From an uncultured Dehalococcoidia bacterium (GTDB taxonomy: Bacteria > Chloroflexota > Dehalococcoidia > SZUA-161 > SpSt-899): 54,978 nucleotides of DNA. A program made the translations under genes and the position numbers. Below, piece by piece: positions 46,306 through 53,903 of this stretch. The stretch lies in NCBI GenBank assembly GCA_964634125.1, contig CAZWIP010000002.1, forward strand, positions 1 to 54,978. Reading direction: 5' to 3'. The stretch's first letter is position 1, and each line of letters begins with the position of its first letter. The notes below the pieces were generated by a model. It made no database searches. It was not told the origin of the DNA and saw only the letters and a list, made by a program, of their open reading frames with translations.

Positions 46306-49300
46306 ATGTCTGAAATATCTAAAGTTCTAGTCATAGGATCAGGCCCGATAATCATCGGGCAAGCGGCGGAGTTCGACTATTCCGGCAGCCAGGCGTGTCG
46401 TGCTTTGCGCGAAGAGGGAATAACTACGGTATTAGTGAACTCCAATCCGGCCACAATCATGACCGACGAAGGTATCGCTGATACTGTCTACATCGAACCT
46501 CTCACGGTAGAAATCGTAAAAAAGATAATCGAAAAGGAACGCCCCGACGGTCTATTGCCTACTCTTGGCGGTCAAACCGGACTCAATTTAGCTGTAGATT
46601 TAGCCAAAGCAGGAATATTGGATGAGTACGGTGTTCGTACATTAGGCACCTCCATAGAAACCATACAGATTGCTGAAGACCGAGGATTATTCAAACAACT
46701 GCTAATCGATATTGGCGAACCAGTGCCTGATAGTGCAACCGTGACCAATATGGATGAGGCCCGAGAAGTGGCACAATCCATCGGCCTACCACTCGTAATT
46801 CGACCCGCATACACCCTCGGTGGAACAGGTGGAGGTATTCCCAGGACCGAGGAAGAGTTCGAATTAATAACCTCCCATGGCATTGCTATGAGTCCTATTC
46901 ATCAAGTTCTCTTGGAAAAGTGTCTCATCGGTTGGAAGGAGATGGAGTACGAGGTGATGCGTGATGGTGATGACAACTGCATCACCATCTGTAATATGGA
47001 GAATATCGATCCGATGGGTATCCATACCGGCGAGAGTATCGTGGTGGCTCCCAGCCAGACACTCACGGACAAAGAATATCAGATGCTTCGCTCTGCAAGC
47101 CTGCGGATTATTCGGGCTTTGGGGATCGAAGGTGGATGTAATGTGCAATTTGCACTCGAACCCCATCCTATCGTTGGAACGCGTCGAGAAGGTGAAAGTC
47201 CATACTATGTAATTGAAGTAAACCCCCGTGTGAGCCGTAGTTCTGCGCTGGCAAGTAAGGCTACAGGCTATCCCATCGCTCGTGTGGCTGCCAAGATCGC
47301 GGTGGGAAAAACACTCGACGAAATCGCGAACAAAGTGACCGGCAAGACCACTGCCGCTTTTGAGCCCGCATTGGATTACTGTGTGGTTAAAATCCCGCGC
47401 TGGCCGTTCGATAAGTTCACCAAAGGGAATCGTAATTTGGGTACGCAAATGAAATCCACAGGCGAAACCATGGCCATCGAGCGCACCTTTGAAGCGGCAT
47501 TGAAGAAAGCGGTGCGATCGTTGGAAGTAGACACTAGGACCATGCTTTGGGAGGATCCGACGTGGAGAGACGGATACTTTCCGCTCGAACCCACTGACCA
47601 GCGTTTATGGGCAGTTTTTGCTGCGCTCAGACAGGGCATGATCACAGAAGAGTTGTGCCACAGAACCGGCGGCATCGATCCATGGTTTCTGTATAAGTTC
47701 CAAAATATTGTCGATATGGAAAACCGACTACGTTCCGAACCGCTGGCTGCTAAGCTTATGCGAGATGCCAAGCGAATGGGTTTCTCTGATAGAGAAATCG
47801 GCATCCTTGCGAGTCATTCTGCCGAGGAAATTCGAAAAATGCGGCATCAATGGGGTCTGCGCCCGGTATACAAAATGGTGGACACCTGTGCGGCTGAATT
47901 CGCCGCAGAAACCCCCTATTTTTATAGTACATATGAACAGGAAAATGAAGCTATTCCAATAACAGGGGAAAAGGCGCTAGTCGTTGGTAGTGGGCCTATT
48001 AGAATCGGGCAGGGTATTGAGTTCGATTACTGTAGCATTCATTCTGCCTGGGCTCTGCAGGAGAATGGAGTGAAGGCCATCATGGTCAACTCGAATCCAG
48101 AGACCGTTTCTACCGACTTCGATACCAGCGATCGCCTTTATTTCGAACCTCTTGACGAAGAAAGCATCCGCGATATCTTGGAAAATGAGACAGCAGAGTC
48201 AGCCAGTCCTTCGGCATCGATTGTACAATTTGGAGGGCAGACATCGATAAACCTGGCGGAACCACTAACACGTAGCGGTTTGACACTCTTGGGATCGAGT
48301 TTCGATAGCATCGATCTGGCTGAAGACCGGGATCGTTTCCAGGATATGATGAACAAGCTTGGCATTCCGATGGCCGAATCTGGAATGGCCAGTAGTCTGG
48401 ATGAAGCGTTAGTCATTGCTGAGAGAATCGGGTATCCGCTAATGGTACGGCCTTCTTATGTGCTCGGTGGACGGGGCATGGAGATAGTCTATGATGAAGA
48501 GATGCTCACGGAGTACTTTGTTGCTGCCATCGATGTTACCCCGGATCGACCGATACTAATCGACAGATTTTTAGAGAATGCTATCGAGGTTGAAGCAGAC
48601 GCTATTGCTGATGGAACCGATGCATTCGTACCAGCGATCATGGAGCACATCGAACCGGCGGGGATTCATTCGGGCGATTCCGCCTGCGTCATCCCGCCGG
48701 TCAGCCTTCCCCAGAAGCACATTGATACTATTAATGAATACACCAAGAAGATAGCAAAAGAGCTTAATGTAATTGGATTGATGAACATCCAATATGCCAT
48801 TTGCGAGGATAAGGTCTACGTCATTGAAGCGAATCCGCGTGCCTCGCGTACTGTGCCAATTGTATCCAAGGTTTGTGGGCTGTCTATGGCTCGGCTGGCG
48901 ACGGAAGTAATGTTAGGAAAGAAAATTGCCGATCTGGGACTGAAGCAGCGTACAATTCCACACTACGGGGTTAAACAAGCGGTATTTCCATTTCCCATGT
49001 TTCCTGAGATGGACCCGATACTAGGCCCCGAAATGAGGTCCACCGGTGAAGTTTTGGGGATATCGGATTCCTTTGGGATGGCACTTTTCAAGGCAGAGGA
49101 AGCTACGCGTCAACCGCTTCCAACTGAAGGATGCGTACTCTTTACTGTCGCGGATAAAGACAAAACAACATTAACGGCAGTAGCTAAACAATTTGCAGAT
49201 CTGGGATTCAACTTCAAAGCAACACAGGGTACAGGCGAATTATTGTCCAAAAGCGGCATTGATGCCGAGTCTATACTAAAAATGCATGAGGGCCAGCCAA

Positions 49301-49530
49301 ACATCGTTGATGGAATTATTAATGGGGATATCCAACTGATCATCAACACACCGGCTGGTAAAACAAGCAAGCATGATGATTCCTATATTCGCAAGACTGC
49401 GATCAAATATAGAGTTCCTTATATCACCACTATGGCCGGAGCGGCCGCTGCTGCTAAGGGAATCGCTGCGTACTGTCAAGGGCACGTAGAGGTCAAATCC
49501 CTCAAAGAGCATCATGCTGGTATTAAGTAG
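46306..49530 (+). CDS. carB: Carbamoyl-phosphate synthase large subunit, copy 2
   Basis: 1074 aa with the same domain order as copy 1. The C-terminal ~40% is much closer to copy 1 than the N-terminal part is. Confidence 0.9.
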   Translation: MSEISKVLVIGSGPIIIGQAAEFDYSGSQACRALREEGITTVLVNSNPATIMTDEGIADTVYIEPLTVEIVKKIIEKERPDGLLPTLGGQTGLNLAVDLAKAGILDEYGVRTLGTSIETIQIAEDRGLFKQLLIDIGEPVPDSATVTNMDEAREVAQSIGLPLVIRPAYTLGGTGGGIPRTEEEFELITSHGIAMSPIHQVLLEKCLIGWKEMEYEVMRDGDDNCITICNMENIDPMGIHTGESIVVAPSQTLTDKEYQMLRSASLRIIRALGIEGGCNVQFALEPHPIVGTRREGESPYYVIEVNPRVSRSSALASKATGYPIARVAAKIAVGKTLDEIANKVTGKTTAAFEPALDYCVVKIPRWPFDKFTKGNRNLGTQMKSTGETMAIERTFEAALKKAVRSLEVDTRTMLWEDPTWRDGYFPLEPTDQRLWAVFAALRQGMITEELCHRTGGIDPWFLYKFQNIVDMENRLRSEPLAAKLMRDAKRMGFSDREIGILASHSAEEIRKMRHQWGLRPVYKMVDTCAAEFAAETPYFYSTYEQENEAIPITGEKALVVGSGPIRIGQGIEFDYCSIHSAWALQENGVKAIMVNSNPETVSTDFDTSDRLYFEPLDEESIRDILENETAESASPSASIVQFGGQTSINLAEPLTRSGLTLLGSSFDSIDLAEDRDRFQDMMNKLGIPMAESGMASSLDEALVIAERIGYPLMVRPSYVLGGRGMEIVYDEEMLTEYFVAAIDVTPDRPILIDRFLENAIEVEADAIADGTDAFVPAIMEHIEPAGIHSGDSACVIPPVSLPQKHIDTINEYTKKIAKELNVIGLMNIQYAICEDKVYVIEANPRASRTVPIVSKVCGLSMARLATEVMLGKKIADLGLKQRTIPHYGVKQAVFPFPMFPEMDPILGPEMRSTGEVLGISDSFGMALFKAEEATRQPLPTEGCVLFTVADKDKTTLTAVAKQFADLGFNFKATQGTGELLSKSGIDAESILKMHEGQPNIVDGIINGDIQLIINTPAGKTSKHDDSYIRKTAIKYRVPYITTMAGAAAAAKGIAAYCQGHVEVKSLKEHHAGIK

Positions 49531-49611
49531 CAGAATACCGCAATTTCGACTATAATGCATTCATCTCCTTCCGATACCGGGGGGATACGTCAAAATACAA
49601 GGGATGAACTT

Positions 49612-50013
49612 ATGACTGAACAGAAACTCGAATATGGCCAATTGGAGGTAGGGCAGGAATTCCCTGCCGTAAGTTTTAGTCTGGATTCTGATTCGGTTAC
49701 CTCATATTTGAAGGCGACTGGCGAAACAGATAGTCTCTATGAAGGCACAGGAATCGTGCCGCCAACGGCGGTAGCTGCATGGGCTTTAATATCATTACTG
49801 GAACATGTTGTATTGCCTGAAGGTACAATACACCTTTCGCAGGAGTTACAATGTCTCTCCATGGCAACAAAAGGAGACACCATAAACTGCCGCGCTCGCG
49901 TCAGCCGTAAACAGGAGCGTAGTCGGCTACGATTGCTTGATATCGAATTTGATGTTGTGGATAAAGAAGGGACACCTCTAATTTCAGGGAAAAGCAGTTT
50001 CAATTTCCCCTAG
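49612..50013 (+). CDS. MaoC-like hotdog-fold protein (non-catalytic half)
   Basis: Start taken at MTEQKLEYGQLEVGQEFP (ATG at 49612 after AAGGGA). Hotdog-fold length, with no hydratase motif. Confidence 0.55.
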   Translation: MTEQKLEYGQLEVGQEFPAVSFSLDSDSVTSYLKATGETDSLYEGTGIVPPTAVAAWALISLLEHVVLPEGTIHLSQELQCLSMATKGDTINCRARVSRKQERSRLRLLDIEFDVVDKEGTPLISGKSSFNFP

Positions 50014-50033
50014 ACGCATTATCGAGGATTATT

Positions 50034-50471
50034 ATGGGAACAGAAAAGAGAATAGACGTATCATCACTACAAGAGGGAACATCTCTCTATGAAATGAAGA
50101 AGGAAGTTGTTCAGGAGAATATCAATCTCTATGCAGAGGCGAGTAAGGATTTTAATCCGATTCATATTAATGAGGAATTCGCCAGGAACACACCTCTGGG
50201 CGGCACCATAGCGCACGGTATGTTGATTCTTGCGTACGTTTCACAAATGATGACAGCCAACTTTGGCCAAGCCTGGCTCACAAGCGGAAAACTCAACACT
50301 CGATTCAAAGCTCCCGCTCGGCCCGGTGATACCGTGACTATCAGTGGCACTGTGAAAAAGCTTGAAACAACCGAGGAAGGGACATCAGTTAAATGCAATG
50401 TCCTTTGCCTGAATCAGTCTGGTGAAACCGTCATTTCGGGTGATGCTTCGATAATTCTGGGTGGTTGCTAG
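50034..50471 (+). CDS. MaoC-domain (R)-specific enoyl-CoA hydratase/dehydratase subunit
   Basis: Hydratase-2 motif region FNPIHINEEFARNTPLGGTIAHGML. It is paired with the preceding hotdog gene, as in heterodimeric dehydratases. Confidence 0.7.
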   Translation: MGTEKRIDVSSLQEGTSLYEMKKEVVQENINLYAEASKDFNPIHINEEFARNTPLGGTIAHGMLILAYVSQMMTANFGQAWLTSGKLNTRFKAPARPGDTVTISGTVKKLETTEEGTSVKCNVLCLNQSGETVISGDASIILGGC

Positions 50472-50498
50472 TATTAAGTCAACCCTGATCTGACGCAT

Positions 50499-50580
50499 TG
50501 TCATTCTGAGGGAATCCGTATGGATGACCGAAGAATCTCTCTGATTGGTATTGAGATTCTTCGCTTCGCTCAGAATGACA
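50499..50580. repeat. Nested-hairpin repeat element E1 (REP/MITE-like)
   Basis: Outer arms TGTCATTCTGAG / CTCAGAATGACA (12 bp, perfect) and inner arms CGAAGAATCTC / GAGATTCTTCG (11 bp, perfect). Its right end is related to the left end of E2 in inverted orientation. Confidence 0.7.
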
Positions 50581-50742
50581 TTTAAAATGTGACATAACAC
50601 TATCCTTCTTCTTTTTCCTCATTATCGCTCAATATTCGTTGAATGTGTGCTGTTGCGTTAGGTTCGTCATCACAAACTATTCAAATGCTTGAGTTGCCGG
50701 ACTACGTGATGTATGCTGAGTGCAAATAGCAAGGAAAACGAA

Positions 50743-51015
50743 ATGGACAGCATAGGCTCATTCATAATTGGTGTGGTCATTATTCATCTGATACTGGTGG
50801 TATTTGCTCTTCGAGATTTATTCACATTATCAACTATAAAAAACAAGTTCGGGAAAGGGGTGTGGGGGCTGTTGATAGTAGTGTTCCCGATAACTGGGCC
50901 CATCGTCTATCTCAATTATGGGAGAGGTGAACGTTCATGGAGCCAGAAGGTTAAAGAATTGCAGCAGCGTGCGCTTGAAAAGCATGCTGAAAATGAAGAG
51001 TCCGTAGATAAATAA
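50743..51015 (+). CDS. PLDc_N-family small two-TM membrane protein
   Basis: IIGVVIIHLILVVFALRDLF...GKGVWGLLIVVFPITGPIVYLNYGRG fits the PLD-nuclease-N-terminal-domain small-protein pattern. Start taken at the ATG at 50743 after AAGGA. Confidence 0.6.
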   Translation: MDSIGSFIIGVVIIHLILVVFALRDLFTLSTIKNKFGKGVWGLLIVVFPITGPIVYLNYGRGERSWSQKVKELQQRALEKHAENEESVDK

Positions 51016-51031
51016 TGTCTCAGAGGTACCT

Positions 51032-52246
51032 GTGGCCAGGAAAGATCATTATACGTTACATCCATCAAACAGTTCGCTTCAAGAGGAATTCTATTACGGA
51101 AATATGTCCGTGAAACGAAAATCTCTTGCAGATGAATCGAAGCATACCAAGAGGATGGTTACGATCTTTGATTCATACTTAAAAGCAGGAATATTTCCCG
51201 CAGGAACCTGTTTGATTGGGGATTATCTGGAACATACGTTGACCAAAAACTCGCGTGATGAGCAGGAAATTGCTGGACGCTATCTCGGATTGGCACTTCC
51301 AAATGACAACTACCAATATGTACGGTTAGAGGGTGAAAGTATCGGAATCGAAAAGCATAAACTGAATCCTCCTGATGAGATAAACATCTTGACCGATACT
51401 TGTCTGTTCTGCGCATCAAATGCAACTGCCACTTTGGAAAATGGTGAAGTCGTTTCAATAGTAGCTCCCAAGACAAGAATCATAAGCCGGATAAAATCAC
51501 TGGAAATATCAGAAAATCTATGCTTATATGAAATGGACGCTGTAGTTCGGCTTACAGATATAATTGCCGCAATGAAAGAGGGGAATACATCTTTTGCAAA
51601 GGCGATTGTAGCCATGCCAACGGTTGAGTATTGTTTCTATCTTATGGAGGCTTACAATAAGGGATTTGTTGAAAAAGAGATGATGATTCACTGGATTGCT
51701 CAGGTAAATAAGCATGCCGAGAAGATAATTGCTGTCATGAGAAAAAGGATTGGTTTGCCAATAATAACCTGCCAGCCACTGGATAGTGTTGAATACTACA
51801 TTAAAGAGACCGTTGATTTAGGAAAACCGGCTGATTTTGAAAAAGTGAAAGAAATACTCTCAGAAGCGAGCCATCTGTGGAAAGAAGTACTTTCGATCAC
51901 AAAGCCCCGAGAATGGAAGCAGTTAAACTACACCAATTATGCTATCGCTGTTTTGAAATCCGCCATGGCGAACGGAAACAGTAACCGACTCACGATTGAT
52001 ATTGAGAATCCATCAGAACAAAGGATTTTGAGAAATGCGGCCAAAATCGCAAAAACGCTTGGAAAGCAAGGTTCCTCTGACAATTTTCGAGTTATCGGTA
52101 TCTATCCCCATGAAAAAGTATTCATTCCAAATATGGCAGAGTGTTCCCAATCATTTCCCCGACTTTACTACTTAGAGCAGACTCAGCTGGCTGGCAAATG
52201 TTATTACAGAGAGATCGTGGAGTCAAATCGTAGCAAAGTAACATGA
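51032..52246 (+). CDS. Hypothetical protein, 404 aa, no recognisable family
   Basis: GTG start 6 nt after AGAGGT, 16 nt after the preceding stop. Soluble, with no TM segment and no P-loop, DxD, HxH or Cys-cluster motif that I can identify. Lower G+C than the flanking genes. Confidence 0.5.
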   Translation: MARKDHYTLHPSNSSLQEEFYYGNMSVKRKSLADESKHTKRMVTIFDSYLKAGIFPAGTCLIGDYLEHTLTKNSRDEQEIAGRYLGLALPNDNYQYVRLEGESIGIEKHKLNPPDEINILTDTCLFCASNATATLENGEVVSIVAPKTRIISRIKSLEISENLCLYEMDAVVRLTDIIAAMKEGNTSFAKAIVAMPTVEYCFYLMEAYNKGFVEKEMMIHWIAQVNKHAEKIIAVMRKRIGLPIITCQPLDSVEYYIKETVDLGKPADFEKVKEILSEASHLWKEVLSITKPREWKQLNYTNYAIAVLKSAMANGNSNRLTIDIENPSEQRILRNAAKIAKTLGKQGSSDNFRVIGIYPHEKVFIPNMAECSQSFPRLYYLEQTQLAGKCYYREIVESNRSKVT

Positions 52247-52289
52247 TGCATAGTCTTTTTAGAGAACAAAATGGCGAGGAGGTGGCAAA

Positions 52290-52757
52290 ATGGTATCTTC
52301 CGAGATAGTCGATGCTTTACGAAGATGCGAGCTGTTTAGTAGTGTGGATCAAGAAGATGTCGAGCGGATTGCTACTCTGTGTCGTGTTGAAGAGTTCAAT
52401 GCCGGAGATACTGTAATTGCACAAGGGGAGTTCGGGCGAAGGATTTATCTCATTGCGGAAGGCCAAGTAGCGGTAATGAGGTCTGTCAGTCTTGGTGGGC
52501 GTCAAGGATCGATGACAATTGATCTGTTGGGCAAAGGCAGAGGATTAGGATGGTCATCAATGCTGTGTGATCCTTGTAGCGCATCCGCATCAGCAGTTTG
52601 CCAGAGACAAACGACGATTGTGTCTCTCGCAGGAGAAGATCTGAGAGCGTGGTTAGAAACCAGACCTGAAGTAGGATATAAAGTGATGGATAGGCTAGCC
52701 CAGATATTGGGGAACCGATTGCGAGCTGCATATGGGGCCATGGATACCTTCAGGTAG
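52290..52757 (+). CDS. Stand-alone cyclic-nucleotide-binding (CAP effector-type) domain protein with no output domain
   Basis: 155 aa. LFSSVDQEDVERIATLCRVEEFNAGDTVIAQGEFGRRIYLIAEGQVAV... is a beta-barrel followed by a C-helix (GYKVMDRLAQILGNRLRAA). The SD is GAGGAGG. Confidence 0.7.
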   Translation: MVSSEIVDALRRCELFSSVDQEDVERIATLCRVEEFNAGDTVIAQGEFGRRIYLIAEGQVAVMRSVSLGGRQGSMTIDLLGKGRGLGWSSMLCDPCSASASAVCQRQTTIVSLAGEDLRAWLETRPEVGYKVMDRLAQILGNRLRAAYGAMDTFR

Positions 52758-52776
52758 GAGTAGTTAAAGGAGTTGT

Positions 52777-53784
52777 ATGCCTAATTTAACACGTATTCTT
52801 TCTATTGATGGGGGAGGAATTAGAGGGATTATTCCGGGTCAAGTGCTGGTATCTCTTGAGCGGAAGCTTCAGGAGCATACAAAAAATCCCGATGCGAAAA
52901 TAGCTGACTTTTTTGATCTTATAGCTGGAACCAGTACCGGGGGAATTTTAACCTGCATATACTTGTGTCCAGATATAAAGGGCAATCCATCACGACCCAG
53001 ATTTTCTGCTCAGGAAGCTGTTGACCTATATTTGCTAAAAGGCGGAAAAATATTTGATACGTCCCTCTGGCAAAAGATACGAACGGGCGGGGGTATAAGC
53101 GATGAGAAATACGATGAGAGAGAACTTGAGGAGACACTTAAAAGTTATCTGGATGACTTGAAGCTCAGTCAGCTTTTGAAGCCCTGCCTTATAACTGCTT
53201 ACGATATTGAATTTAGACGAGCCAAGTTTTTCACCCAACACGATGCGAAACAAAAGGAAATGCACGATTATTTGGTAAAGGACGTAGCTAGGGCCACTTC
53301 AGCGGCACCAACGTATTTTGAAGCTGAACGCTTGCTATCGGTGACAGGGGTACCATACCCGTGCATAGATGGTGGGGTATTCGCGAATAACCCTTCTCTT
53401 TGTGCGTATGCTGAAGTAAGGAAGAAATTCGAAGGCAATCCTGCTGCAAAAGATATGGCGATTCTCTCTATTGGCACTGGTTATGTCAAGAAATCTTATG
53501 AATATAAAGATGCCAAGGACTGGGGAACGGTGGAATGGATTAAGCCCTTAATAGACATCATGATGTCAGGTGTTTCAGAAACTGTGGATTATCAAATGGC
53601 ACAGATTTACGATGCAGTTGGTCAGCCCAACCAATATTTAAGGGTCAATGGTGAACTACAGTTCGCCGATCCAGATATGGATAACGCTTCGCAGGAGAAT
53701 CTTCTAGCTTTGAAACAGGATGACACCAAGATTGCTGAAAAGTTCGATAGTCAGTTGGATTCCTTTATAGAATTTCTCTTATAA
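52777..53784 (+). CDS. Patatin-like phospholipase (CapV-sized, all catalytic motifs intact)
   Basis: ILSIDGGGIRG (oxyanion hole), AGTSTGG (GxSxG nucleophile) and IDGGVFANNP (catalytic Asp). 335 aa, with AAGGAG as the SD. Confidence 0.85.
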   Translation: MPNLTRILSIDGGGIRGIIPGQVLVSLERKLQEHTKNPDAKIADFFDLIAGTSTGGILTCIYLCPDIKGNPSRPRFSAQEAVDLYLLKGGKIFDTSLWQKIRTGGGISDEKYDERELEETLKSYLDDLKLSQLLKPCLITAYDIEFRRAKFFTQHDAKQKEMHDYLVKDVARATSAAPTYFEAERLLSVTGVPYPCIDGGVFANNPSLCAYAEVRKKFEGNPAAKDMAILSIGTGYVKKSYEYKDAKDWGTVEWIKPLIDIMMSGVSETVDYQMAQIYDAVGQPNQYLRVNGELQFADPDMDNASQENLLALKQDDTKIAEKFDSQLDSFIEFLL

Positions 53785-53798
53785 AAACATTTGAACAG

Positions 53799-53881
53799 TG
53801 TCATCGCGAGCGAAGCGCGGCGATCTTCCTGCCTTCCGAGGAGATTGTCGCGTCGGTCCTCCTGACCTCCTCGCAATGACA
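53799..53881. repeat. Nested-hairpin repeat element E2 (REP/MITE-like)
   Basis: Outer arms TGTCATCGCGAG / CTCGCAATGACA (1 mismatch) and inner GCGGCGATCT / AGATTGTCGC (imperfect). It shares TGTCAT-NNN-GAGCGAAGCG with the reverse complement of the right end of E1. Confidence 0.65.
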
Positions 53882-53903
53882 TTCCATAACATATCTTCGA
53901 ACA

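Noticed and set aside
51032-52246. I looked for a CD-NTase / Pol-beta nucleotidyltransferase signature or a class III cyclase signature in the 404-aa orphan.
   Set aside because: The only loosely similar string (NGNSNRLTIDIEN) has the wrong spacing and lies in the C-terminal quarter rather than the N-terminal third. I therefore make no cyclase call and the function stays open.
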